DNA of 64,000 bases from the NCBI GenBank assembly GCA_964106645.2, contig OZ067039.1; one strand, written 5' to 3'. The stretch comes from Podarcis pityusensis (Eukaryota). The notes below the pieces were generated by a model. It was not told the origin of the DNA and did not search any database. It worked only from the letters and a program-made list of their open reading frames with translations. Position numbers and translations under genes: made by a program. Position 1 is the first letter of the stretch, and each line of letters starts with the position of its first letter. Below, piece by piece: positions 34,735 through 47,564 of the stretch.

Positions 34735-36071
34735 TTCTACTACCGCTGCCATGACAGTGGCTTCAGTACCACTCACCACCCTCCAGTAGTGGTGAGCATA
34801 CAGCAGTACTGCTTTAGACTAGAACCCAAGCTGAGCTTCCATCCGTGGTAGCAGCCCATCATTTAAATGTGATGCATGTAATGCTGCGGTCAACAGATCT
34901 TTGATTTAATAGTTTTTAAAAATCTAAAATAGCCATCTGTGCCCAGTGGGGAAGACAGTGATTTGTGCACTGTCGGGTCAGGATGCTGTGGGGACCTTAT
35001 CCAGTGCCTGACCTGGCCCAAGACTGGCATCAAACCTAGATACAATTGATGGGTGATTAGTGCCATTCAAAGGAAGATAGTATATGCCACCCAAATCCAT
35101 AAAGTATGGCATAAAACTGTCTATGCCACAGTTCTAAAGTTGTTATATAGGCGTACATACGTGAAGGAAGCAGGCACTCCTGCAACTTGAAATCTAGGTC
35201 AAGCAGTGGTTGAGAAGCTAATACATTTACTGGGTTCTGGATGAAAAATAACTCATAACTTCTTCAACAATATGCCACTGGCCTGGGGATTAGCCAACAC
35301 TGGTTGGCACATTGAACATGAATAAACCAACAATCCTTCGTGGATTTAGTCCCATAAGCCTGGAAGTGTTAACAGCATTTTTGGTTTTAAAGAAGATTTG
35401 ACACTTGTAAATTATGTGCCAGCAAAAGGAAGCACAGTGATTCTCTTTTCTTCAGTGCACAAGGGCGCATCTTTCTCGGACCAGAATTCCAAGCCTGAGC
35501 TCATTTCTTAGTAAGAAAGAGCTAAATGGGACCAAAAGGTGGCCAGTGGTATTTCCTGCCCTGCCACCCCTCAAATATGGTGGGCATTGCCTGCTGAAAT
35601 ATTTGTATTGCTGGGAAGTTGTATAACCCGTGACAGTGTGAATTTCCCTAAGGACACTGCTTTCTAATAACCCTAGGTCTAAAGCTGATCCAACCTGGTC
35701 TGAGTCTAGAAACATAGCTTATCTGAAATGTCATGAAAAGGGAAGGTTTAATGTCTGAAGTTGATATAATGCCAGACAATTGCAGAAACATATGTGCTTC
35801 TTGTAACCATTTTGTCTGTTTGGAAATGTTAATTGGTTTTAGACTGCTCAAGTGGCATGTGCTATTGTTGCAAGATCTGTGAGATTTGTGATCCACAACT
35901 CATGCTTATTGTACCATTATACATGTGCATCGGTTATAACTCGGTTAATGATACCCCCCCCCCAGTGTTGTGCAGTTTTTTTGGACTTTACATTGTGGGA
36001 TATTGTTGGCTCTATTATTTGCAACAATATTGTTCCACTGGGGGGAAAAGTCTCTATAAAGACATGATTTA

Positions 36072-36747
36072 CCGTATTTCTCGCTCTATAGGACGCACCT
36101 TTTTCCCCTCCAAAAATTAAGGGGAAATGTGTGTGCGTCCTATAGAGCGAATGCAGGCTGCACGGCTAAGCCCAAAGCCAGAACAGGGAGACGGAGTGCT
36201 GCGCAGTGCTCCGTCTCGCTGTTTTAGTTTGCGGACGGCTGCGCAAAGCCTCCACCCCGCTACCCTGCGGAGGCTACGAAGGTGGGGGGAAGGCTGCAAC
36301 GCTTCCCCCACCGCCAGCCCCACAAGCTTGGGGGGCAGCAGGAAGGCGGTGCGCCGCCTCTGTGCTGCTCCCCGACCTGGTTTTGAGGCTGGGGGGGGGG
36401 GGAAAGCAGCGCTTCCCCCCACCGCCAGCCCCACAAGCTTGGGGGGCAGCGGGAAGGCAGAGCACCACCTTCTCGCTGCTCCCCGACTGGGTCTTTGGGG
36501 CTGGTGGGGGGGGAATGCAGTGCTTCCCCGCGCCAGCCCCAAAGAGCAGGTCAAAAGGAACCCAAAGCCTCCGGAGCCCAGCGGGAACTCCCGCTGGGCT
36601 CCGGAGGCTTCGGGTGAACGTACCTTGAACGCACAGAACACACCTTGTTTTAGAGGGGGAGAACAAGAATCCCCCCCCCCCGTTCTCCCCCTCCTATGGT
36701 CCGGTGCGTCCTATGGTCCGGTGCGTCCTATGGAGTGAAAAATACGG
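36072..36747. mobile_element. Tc2/pogo-like MITE with GC-rich internal tandem repeats
   Basis: TIRs CCGTATTTCTCGCTCTATAGGACGCAC / GTGCGTCCTATGGAGTGAAAAATACGG, TA flanks; internal ~112-bp units GCTTCCCCC...GCCAGCCCCA. Confidence 0.9.
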
Positions 36748-37913
36748 TATTACTTGCAGATTATGTTCTCCATAATCACTCCCACTAGATAGTTTATTTT
36801 CATGACTTCATTGGGGTACATTTGGGCCCAATACTGGATTGATACAGCCAATTTTGTATCAATGGAGACTGAAAGTCAGGCCTTTGGAATAACCTGCAGT
36901 GTGTCATAAAGTCATGCCACCATTGTCCTCCAGTTTACTTCATGCAAAATGCTCGTTGAGAGCTCAAAGCAATACTGGCAAATTAAGAGCTCCCAACAAA
37001 TGAATCATTCCACTGGTCTCTCATTCTTATTCAAAAAGCACAGTTATACAGTTCCCTTTCATATATTTTCTCTGTTTATACATTGTCCAAATATGTTTAT
37101 CTGCAGTGTTGCTCCAAAGCAAATGTTGATTTGAACACTTTTCATGTTGAATGTACACAACATTCAGAGAACTCTTCCTTCCTAAAACTCTCAGGGGAAA
37201 AGTTTTTCTTCCTAGCCTTATGCTCACGGCAGTCTTTATGTATGATCAGTATGATGAATTAGAATCCAGCCGGTACACTTCTGTGAATCCTTTTCATTTG
37301 AATTCAGTGCTTTACACCTAATTTTCTTTTCCTGTTTGACCTGTTCAGGTGAACCATCTGTATCTTGCAAAGGCCATGCATAGCAAGAGAAATGAGACAA
37401 TCAATTCCAAAAGAGAGAACATGGTTTGTTACAATGGGAAGTAATACTAGGCAATATGAGAGTCTCATATTCAGAATATCTCAAATCTCTCTCTCTCTCC
37501 CTCCCCCCCCCCCCCCAGATCACAAGCCTGGATGTAGTCAGTGCAATGTAGTGGATAAAACGTTAAGTCACAACTTAGACCCAATCAACCTCCCTGTTCA
37601 CCTGTGGAATTTGCAAGCAGGTGGGAGGCCCTCTGGTAGTGTCCCCACCAGTGGAAGGCCCCAAGGGTGGGGCTGAGCTAGTTTGAGATTCACTGGACCT
37701 CAAGCTGGCCTTCATCCTGTTGAGTGATGGCATTAGGCCCAATAAAGGCCGATTGTCCTGCCTTCCACCTTCCTCTACAGCTGCTGTGAGAACCTGAGCT
37801 GCAGATGCAGCAGTAGGGATTATGATTGCAGCCGAATTGTGTGCATGCATTGAATGTGCTAGATTCCCCCCCCCCCCCAAGTAACTAGCATTTGCAGGAA
37901 GTGTGGCAGAGAA

Positions 37914-37959
37914 GGGATTCAACAAGGAGTTAAATGGGGATTCAACAAGGAGTTAAATG
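37914..37959. repeat. 23-bp perfect tandem duplication
   Basis: GGGATTCAACAAGGAGTTAAATG x2. Confidence 0.9.
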
Positions 37960-38018
37960 AATGGAAATTCATTAACTTTGGAAGGGAACACACAGGGAAG
38001 GTAAATGATATTCAAGTA

Positions 38019-38268
38019 CAGTGGACGCTCAGGTTGTGAACGTGATCCGTGTGGGATGCACGTTCGCATCCTGCAGTGTTAGCAACCCGCATCTGTGCAC
38101 GTGCAGGTTGCAATTCGGCGTTTTCGCATGCGCAAAGTGCAATTTAGCGCTTCTGCGCATGCGCGACTGCTGAAACCCGGAAGTAACCCGTTCCGGTACT
38201 TCCGGGTTTTGGCAGTCCGCAACCCAAAAAAACGCAGCCTGAAGCGGACGCAACATGAGGTATGACTG
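38019..38268. mobile_element. Tigger-like MITE
   Basis: Ends CAGTGGACGCTCAGGTTG / CAACATGAGGTATGACTG, TA flanks, internal palindrome AACCCGGAAGTA...TACTTCCGGGTT. Confidence 0.75.
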
Positions 38269-39271
38269 TATTGTTGATGACTGAGACATGTGTGTCTGTT
38301 GTGTGCTAGGGAAAAGATATGTTTAAAATATGGATGTTCCCACATCATTGGACAGCAAAACAGAACAAAGACTTTTGCAAAGTAAACTAATTCCAGCAGA
38401 ATGGAATGCCAGGTGAAAGTGTGAATTAGAATAGATTGAGGCACGTTCCTAGATGTTTAGTATAAGCACGCCGATTCAACAGGCATAGTGGAAACAATGT
38501 TCTCAGTTATGGCGAGAACAATTTTGTTAACAAAAGCAAATATTTTGTTTTTGATATATTTTTGATATATATATAATAAATTTTATACAACGCTTACTGG
38601 AACTCCTCTAAGAGGGTTTACAAGGGAGCCGAAAATATTAATTTAAAATACCAATAAAAAAGAAATATTAAAAGCAAGTTACATAAATAAAATGAAATCA
38701 GTAATCTTAAACATATCTATTTCTGTTCAACAGAATTTATAGTGCCCAATCCTAAACCTGTATATATGAAGTGATTTAATAAACTCATTTGAAACCAGAT
38801 TCTATACCACATATTAGCAACAACTTCATTTTCTCTGATGAAGAGCTCTGCATAATCTTAGCCAAGAAGATTTGCTCCAGTAAAAAACATGGCACCGTAT
38901 ATTTAGTCTCTGTATACTCTGGGGTCAAAAAAGCAACAAAAGTCTCTTTCTCATACTAGGGGGCAAGCAGCATAAGCTTTTCATTTTATTAAAAGGAAAT
39001 AAAGATCATCCAGTTACATTTCCGATAGTAGCAATCTCTGCCTCATATCTCGTAACTGTATCTCTGCAGATAGAGAAAGACCGTTCGGCACACATAAATT
39101 TGTTGGCATTCCTGTCCAACATGCTTTTTAAGAGCTGAACATAGGCTTACATTTGCTTTAAAGCTACCTGGTCAATCGTTCAGACACATACTGAGTAAAA
39201 CAACTTGACACTTCTTTCTTCCTCTCGCTTCTGTGTACCTTAATAAGCACATGTAATGTGGAAGAGGAAGA

Positions 39272-39605
39272 CAGACCCTCCAAGTATCCCTATTTTCCAG
39301 GGACTTCCCTGATTTAGAGAAGCCGTCCCAGTTTCTGATTTGATGTCCCACTTTTCCTTAGGATGTCCCTATTTTCATTGGAGAAATGTTGAGGGTTTGG
39401 AGTTATCTGACCCCCAAGCCATCTTAAGGCAATAATGTATAGGGAAGTTTTTCTGATGTTTAATGTTGTATTATGTTTTTATATGTGTTGGAAGCTGTCC
39501 GGAGTGGCTGGGGCAACCCGGTAAGATGTGTCAGGTATAAATAGTAAAATTCTCATTATGGAATGGGACATTCCAATTTTCATCAGAGAAATGTTGGAAG
39601 GTGTG
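39272..39605 (+). repeat. Composite interspersed repeat containing an L2-tail-like segment
   Basis: Shares its 5' part with 20712-20850; the centre resembles the L2 3' end at 33300-33410. Confidence 0.6.
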
Positions 39606-39715
39606 GGAAGAGAAGGGGGAAAAGGTCCCCCTCATATGTCTATATATGATCCTATGGCGCTCTTGATCGTTTTCTTGCAAACTGCTTAGAGGTTTTATTG
39701 CAATCAAGCTGTATA

Positions 39716-39951
39716 CAGTGGTACCTTGGGTTACATACGCCTCAGGTTACATACGCTTCAGGTTACAGATTCCGCTAACCCAGAAGTAGTGCTTCAGATT
39801 AAGAACTTTGCTTCAGGATAAGAACAGAAATCAGGCTCTGGTGGCGCGGTGGCAGCAGGAGGCCCCATTAGCTAAAGTGGTGCTTCAGAACAGTTTCAGG
39901 TTAAGAACGGAGCTCTGGAACGAATTAAGTACTTAACCCGAGGTACCACTG
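39716..39951. mobile_element. Tigger-like MITE, intact
   Basis: TIRs CAGTGGTACCTTGGGTTA / TAACCCGAGGTACCACTG, TA flanks. Confidence 0.9.
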
Positions 39952-42219
39952 TATAAATATTGTGAAATGAAAGAAGTTAATAAAAAAAATGGCCACTAGG
40001 TGCGATCATCACATACATTTTCATACATTCCAGTTTCAACTTTGCTAGCATTTGCCAGAGCCAACAACAGGGATCCTTTGTGCTTTCTGGGTTTTGAGAT
40101 GCAACTGTACTATGGAACTAAATCCTACTGATTCCACTGGACCTTAGGCCCATTTCAGACACTACCACTGTGGTGTAATAGGTGTCCAAAATCTGTTTTC
40201 TGTGTGGTTTGATCCTTTGTTGTCTGTCTCAGTGACTTCATTGATCATGTGCAGTTGCGCTGATGACATCATGACCAGACAGCCAGCTCCACTGGTACTG
40301 GGGGGAATTTCTGATCATCAAACCTCACATGACTTGTTACAGAGATTCCAGAGTTGAGGAAAGTAATTGTTTTAGTGAGTAGCACACTGCCTAAGGCCCA
40401 ATGAAATTACGGGGATTCAGTTCTGCATTCATAGCTAGGACTCAGAACTCTAGCTTTGCATTCAACTCAGTTCTGTTGGCACCTGTCTGTCTTGAGAGAC
40501 AATGGGGTGTGCCTCTGGGGATGAAGTCAAACTGCTGGAGAATCACAGGGCCTGCTGTGGCAGCAGAGACCAGTAACTGCTGCCTCCCAGTGTTTTTGCT
40601 GCATTAGGAGCACCAAAGTGATCTCTCCAGGGCACAGGGCTGGGCAGTGTGTTTGGAGGTCCTGCACTGCCCAGACAACAAGACCCCCTTTTTGGCCTCA
40701 CTGCTGTCATCCAGAGGAAACCAGAGCAATACATTTGGCACCAGCTGGGCTGTAGGAGTTGCCAGAAGTGGGCGTACAAGGCACCATCCAACTGTCTTAG
40801 GGATTCCACTGTGGATTTGTGTATGCTTTACTCCTTAGCCTTTTGTTCTTATGAAGATGTCCTACAAAGCAGAGTAGATCCATTGAAATTATTGGACCTA
40901 AGCTACCTACATGTGTTAATGCCAGTGGGTCTACTCTGAGTATGACTTGTGGTGGATACAATCCAAGGTTGTCAGATCTGGCAAATGTTGGCTTTAGCAA
41001 TGTTGAAGCTGGATTATCCAAGTGCGGGCATAAGAAGGATGTTGTCATTGGCACAATTCCAGATCAGACCTTCATGTGCAAGTGAGCCAACATGGAAGAC
41101 ATTTTTGGGCAGCAGCCATCCAACCTTGAAAGTGCATACATTGGTCACCTAATTCACATCATGTGTGCAATGCCAAAGTGTTTAGTAGTTGCACTTTCTA
41201 ACCAAATCTCTATTCTAGATTTGTTTTTATGTGTTTATTTTCCAGCTATAGAAAGTTTTTTAATGTAACAACCCGAGTCAATTATATCACAGATGCTCTA
41301 GCAGAAACTCTAATGCCAAACCATAAACTAAGATATTTTCCAGTAACAGCAGCATCTGTCTGCTTAGCAGCTCAGGTAGTTCGGCAGCCGGCTCTGCCTG
41401 TGCGATTAAGCTGGCTGGCACTCGGCTGCTGCTGCCTTTTCTCCTTCATGGCTCCACTGTCTTAATGAAGTGAGGAAATGCACTATGGCAGAAGACCTCC
41501 ATTATCTAAACCCCGTGTTTTACTGTAGGTCTCCTGTGTCGCCTGGGACACTGTAACTCACTTGTACGGATACTACCTGCTCATCTGATTATCCAAATAT
41601 TTTGAATGACCCTGGAACTGTTATGATAAAGGATGTCCGCTCATTTGTTTTTTGGCACAATCTCTTCATTCCTGTCACTCACTTGGTACATATATACTTA
41701 CTGGGTTTCTCTCAGCACCATACAATTCTGCTGATAGCTACTGGGTTGGTAATGAAGGCGCAGAAGTTGGTGCTGACAAGGTGCATTACTAACCAAACTA
41801 AAAACTTACACCACAAAGGTTGCACAGCTCTTCAAGACATCCAGGCAAAAGCAGTTATTACTTCCTTCATCTTGCTCTTCCTGCTTTCAGCAAGACATGT
41901 TCCAGGAGCAAATGATTACAGCCTATGTAAGTATGTTTACAAGCAGCTTGGGAGATTGCGGGTGATTCCAAGAAGTTCAAGTTCCTTTGTTTTTTTGGGT
42001 TTTTTTTGCTTTGTTTCATTATAGAGGTGGTGTTGATACCATTTGCAGTGTTTGCTCTCTGTGGAAAGGTCAAGCTATGTACATTTGTCTATAGAAAGGG
42101 CAAGCTATGTATATTTACAGGGTACACATGAAGGGTTTCTTTCGCCACAGGCAGGAAGAGAGAGGGACATGACTCTGCATTGCCTGAGCAAGTGAGCCAA
42201 TATTTATCACTTTATTTCA

Positions 42220-42720
42220 TTCCTTCACGAACCTGCTTCCCATGAAACCTCTCAAAATGATTTCACAGGAAAAACACCAGCAATGAAAACATATAAAATT
42301 GCATGTGTGTGTTTTTTAAAAAGCTAAAACAGTTTAATATAGAATTGTATATTAACAGTTTAATCATAGAATTGTAGAGACAATTAAAATATTTTATATC
42401 TACAAGAAATCCAATATAGATATAGACTAGAAGAAAAATTCCCACTGAAAAGGCTTGCTGAAAAAGGAAGGTCTTCAATAGGCACCAGAAAGACAGTACA
42501 GTATAGACAACATCTGATGTGGACCAGGAGGGAATTCCAAAGGGCCGGTGATGCCATGCTAAAGGCCCAGTTCCTATGCCATACAGAATGGCCCTCCTGA
42601 TGAGATGGGTGCCTACATGTAGGATGCCCTCTCCTACGGAGCTCTGAGATGGGTTTTGTATATAAAGGCTGACAGAATCTTTTAGGAATCCTGGTCCCAA
42701 GCTGTATAGGGCTGCTGGTA
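42220..42720 (-). mobile_element. Old L2 3' fragment
   Basis: Minus-strand peptides GPGFLKD..., LLKTFLFQQAF. Confidence 0.7.
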
Positions 42721-45017
42721 AGTCCAGTCCCTCACATACTCAAGCAGTTCTTCTTTTTGGAGCTATGTCCCTGCAGGCTATTGCAGTTCAACCCAGGTCT
42801 GTCACAAGTATCTAAGAGGATAGTATTGGACCAGTCATCTGCTATAACTCTAACCTACTTTTACGGTGTTCTTGAGAGAATAAAGGATGGGAAGGGAGAA
42901 CAAAACTGTCCTTAAGTTCTTGGAGGAGCCACTTATTAAAATGGTTCCAGTTTGATCCATCTTTAAAAAGCACATGACAGGCTGTGCCTAATAGTTCCCA
43001 AATGGAAAGGAATCCTTGCTATTTTTCAATCTCTATTGATTCATGAAGGAGGGAAGATGTCTTCTCTCACACTGCAGAATGCTGATTAAACCCAGTTCTT
43101 CTAACTTCTATCCTGTACTGTCATGACTGGACACTGTTTGTGACATCACTACGGAAAACAGGGTCAATTTCTGGAAGAGTTCGTATCCAGGTCAGGGCTC
43201 TGCCATTAGTGATGGGCAATGCAACATCCACTTTCTCCCTCTTTTTAAAGTCATTTTAACAACAAAGAGAAGGAAGACCTTGCACAGTGGCCATGCTCTC
43301 CCACCCCTAGAATGCTGAGGACACAGCATTGTTTGAGAATATCTGGGGAGGGCACTATTTCCTTCCACAATGCTCTGGGCCATCTGGAAACAGGGATGGT
43401 GGTTCTTTGTTGTCAAATTTTGGAAAGCGAAAAGTAGCTCGCTGCCCAGCCACTATCTTGATTGCACTGGGACTGGTAAGCCTGATCTCCCATTAATTAT
43501 TTTAAGAATTCCTCTTCCTTCCATTACTCCCAATTTCAGGTGCCCATTTTCAAATACAAATACTTCAAATTAAAATAGAACTTGCTGAGAACTTGGTGCA
43601 CCGAACTGCTTTTAAGTCAGACTTTCAGAACGCTCTGCTTGATAAGTGTTTAGGCTGAGCTAGAATTCCTTTTGTGAAATTAATTACTTCTTTTACATAA
43701 TTAAGTGGCATTTGGTGCTTCTATCTACAGTATTTTGGGTACCCATGCATGCAGTCATCAAATGTATTTATTAATTTCATTTTTAATTCCTTCTCTTTAA
43801 TCCTTCCATATCTTTATGTGTTTTGCCATTTTGATAGAACCACACAAATTATTTCACTAATTGCTGTTCATTCTGTGCATGAAGCAAAAATGGAGTGTGT
43901 GTGTGGGGGGGGAATCATGAAGGGAAATACCTACAGAAGTCAGGGCTTTACTCTCAAATTGGAGGATGTGAGTAGATGAAAATACAGCAAAAGGACACGC
44001 CTGCACATATTTATAGCATAATGAAAACTGCAACCAGTCTCTGTGTGGTAGCTTTTCCAGATTGCCACTGTAACTGGTGATAGCTGAACATCCCTCAGGT
44101 CAATTCAGAACTGTTTCTGAAAGCCGCTTTTCAAAAAAGTTGGAAAATAATACATTTTTTCCCATCCAGCTCCAAATTCCAAAGCTCCCAATTACGTCAG
44201 TGAGAACTTGATGAAAGCAGAAAACTTCCCCTCTCCCGAACCCGACTACTGAACTCCTTAACCTGCCCAGCTGTTCCTTCTCTTCTCTGAAGCTTTCTTA
44301 TTAGTGGCCAAGGCAAGGCAGGAGCAAAATCTCTCTGGTAACATCTGTTCAGTTACTTCCTTGCCCGGCATTTAGAACGTTGCAATGATAGCATCCCAGG
44401 GAGCAGGAAACTTGTGAAACATTTTTATTATTCCTAGCCACCTACTTAATGTGATTTTATCTGTGGAGTGGCATTCCAGACCACCTCCCATTGAGTGTGA
44501 AGATCTGCGATTCCTGCATTACAGGAATGACCCTTGGGGTTCCTTTGCATCTCTACAGTTCTCTGATTCTGGGAGAGGGAATGTATGAATGGTTATACTG
44601 TGCTATATTTGGTAAAGCACCAAATGTGGTATAATCGTTAAACATTTTCAACGAAGGCAAGAAACTGTTGTAAGTGAACTGGCTCCAAGCATCAGCAGCC
44701 ACGCTGAATGCAATGTCTAGTCAAACAAACAACTTTTTTTGTTTGTTTTAGTTTTGTGGAAAGACGCCAGTGTTTTGTTACTTCTGTACAGAGTAGGAGA
44801 CATGGACACGTGTATATTTTGATGAGAGACCACAGCACTTTACATGTCAATCAGTCAAGGCATCTGAAATTGAACAAGATCTGTGATGTGAGAGAACTCT
44901 GTCTGAGATTGGGGAGAAATGCTGCCAGATGACCGTACTGTGCTGGAGAGACAAAACAGTCTGTCCTTTTTTTGGGGGGGGGGGGCAGGAAATCCCAGCG
45001 ACAATCGCTGGCCTTTA

Positions 45018-45113
45018 ATATATCTATATATCTATATATCTATATATCTATATCTATATCTATATCTATATCTATATCTATATCTATATCTATATCTATA
45101 TCTATATCTATAT
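45018..45113. repeat. (TATATC)n microsatellite
   Basis: Direct; sits at the 3' side of the adjacent L1 fragment. Confidence 0.95.
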
Positions 45114-45119
45114 AATTTT

Positions 45120-45385
45120 TAGCATACAATTTTTTTTAAGACATACCACACAAATTATTATACATATGTCCAAACGCAATTTGATCATCACAAATACTTT
45201 TCAGATACTCAGTAAATTTAGTCCAGTCTTCGGTAAACCTCTGGTCCCGCCGGTCTCGGATCCTTCCTGTTAGTTTGTCCAATTCTGTGTCGTCCATCAA
45301 TTTCATCCTCCATTCTTCTAATGTTGGTAGTTCTTCTTGCTTCCATTTTTGGGCCAATAATATTCTTGCTGCTGTTACTGCAGTC
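45120..45385 (-). mobile_element. L1 ORF2 C-terminal fragment
   Basis: AQKWKQEELPTLEEWRMKLMD...TGRIRD...EDWTKFTEYL, homologous to the 8271 fragment. Confidence 0.8.
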
Positions 45386-46349
45386 TGTCCTGGGGTAAGG
45401 CAGCTTTTGATTCCCTATGGGAGAGGAAAAATGTGACTATATATTGAAGGACACCCCCCACCCCCCATATCTAGTGCAGGAGGTTGGCCCAAGCAGGAGG
45501 CAAGACTAGAAGCAGAAGGAGAAAGTAGCTCAAGGGGAGAAGGCCTGTTGTACAAAGTCCTATAATGAATTAATTGTTCAAATCCTCTGATCTGCTCACC
45601 ATTTAAACAGAGAACATTACATCATGTATACAGGAGAATACACGTATACATGTATATCCAGCAGAATAAAACAATGATGTTCAGCAATATTTTTATTGCA
45701 AGGAATAGGAATATAGTACAGAATTTTAAGAGGAAGAGGCCTCTTTGTATCTAAGTTACACTTTTTTGGAAGAAATATAGGCCATTTAGAACAGGACAGT
45801 GCTTCTGCCATTTCCAGCTGTCTTTGAAAACTACAAGGTTAGAGTTCATGAAGACTACAGTAGACATGGCTCCCTTTTTCACCCACATCTTCTCAGATCA
45901 GAGGAGGGTGTCAATCCACAGAGCACACAAACCAAGATTCTGGTATCTTTTCAACAAGACATGGGTCACACTTGTCACCTCATTGTTTGCACTTTTTTCA
46001 AATGATGTTTTACAGTCATTGCTGGGACTGTGGGATTCCCTTGTGCCAGAGCCAAGGGCAGTGCCCCAGGCCTGAAGGTGCCAGTGTATAATTTTTGTTG
46101 CTAAAAAAAGCTGTATCCATTTGAAGGTACTTTGGAACACTTGTTCTTTAAAACTTGTGGTTAAACCTTTTGCATTCTGTTTCACCAACATTTTCTCCAA
46201 TAACTTTCATAGCTTACAGTGAATTGAAAAGAACACACAACTAAGTAGAAGCCTAGGCATCATAATTCATTATTATATCATGACAGGCTCATGCATAGGA
46301 TAATCTGAAGCAATTATGTAGTTTGTCATGCAGGACTTCACAGCTTTAC

Positions 46350-46800
46350 TTGCCATGGGGCTCAGCAGAAGATACTCCATGGAAACAGCCCTGGAAGTAG
46401 GAGCAGAACTAAGATGTGCTCTACTATGGCCTCAGCTCCCAACCCACAGAGTGTGTTTATAGTATCAAAAGTCACTAAGATATCAAGGATTCCACTCTGT
46501 TTCCCCACCATCTCCTGAAGCAACTCATCAGGTAGAGGAACCAACATGATCTCAGAACCAAATCGAGGTCTGAATTCAGTTTGATATGAGTCAAGACAGT
46601 CTGCTTCATCCAAGTGTATCTGAAGTTGCACAGCCACAATCCTTTTCAAGGTCTTGGGTGGCAATTATTCAAAGTCTCCAGACTCAAAAAGAGCTCCTTA
46701 AGGAGAAGAAGCATCACCACCTATTTCAAGTTGGGGGGGACCATTCCCTCTCATGACGAGGCATTAACCACTCATTGGACCCACCCCAATAACCCTGTAC
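46350..46800 (-). mobile_element. Degraded L2 RT fragment
   Basis: Peptide KRIVAVQLQIHLDEADCLDSYQTEFRPRFGSE...FDTIN. Confidence 0.7.
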
Positions 46801-46912
46801 AGCTATTGCTAAGAAACCACATGGGGCAGGGGAGCTTGGTCTCACTTCTTCATTAGTCTTGTCCATAATATCAGGCTGCAGTAGCTGGAATTGATCCCAA
46901 ATAACAGGGCCA

Positions 46913-47564
46913 CTGGTCTCATCACCTCCTGGCAAATAGAAGGGGAAGAAATGGAGGCGGTGAGAGATATTACTTTCTTGGGTTCCATGATCACTGCAGA
47001 TGGTGACAGCAGCCACGAAATTAAAAGACGCCTCTTCTTGGGAGAAAAGCAATGACAAAACTAGATAGCATCTTAAAAAGCAGAGACATCACCTTGGCAA
47101 CAAAGGTCTGTATACTTAAAGCTATGGTTTTCCCAGTAGTGATGTATGGAAGTGAGAGCTGGACCATAAAGAAGGCTGATTGCAGAAGAATTGATGCTTT
47201 TGAATTATGATACTGGAGGAGACTCTTGAGAGTCCCATGGACTGCAAGAAGATCAAACATATCCATTCTTAAGGAAATCAGCCCTGAGTGCTCACTGGAA
47301 GGACAGATCGTGAAGCTGAGGCTCCAATAGTTTGGCCACCTCATGAGAAGAGAAAACTCCCTGGAAAAGCCCCTGATGTTGGGAAAGATGGAGGGCACAA
47401 GGAGAAGGGGACAACAGAGGACGAGATGGTTGGACAGTGTTCTCGAAGCTACCAACATGAATCTGACCAAGCTGCGGCAGGGAGTGGAAGACAGGAGTGC
47501 CTGGCATGCTCTGGTCCATGGGGTCACAAAGAGTCAGACACAACTAAATGACTAAGCAACAACA
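46913..47564 (+). mobile_element. BovB LINE, 5'-truncated, with stops and a frameshift
   Basis: High similarity to 1204-1855; TSD AACAGGGCCA at 46903-46912 and 47565-47574. Confidence 0.95.

Noticed and set aside
36117-36738. Four overlapping 130-203 aa ORFs (similar set at 19830-20292)
   Set aside because: They arise from stop-poor, GC-rich repeats inside MITEs; no transposase or other domain motifs.
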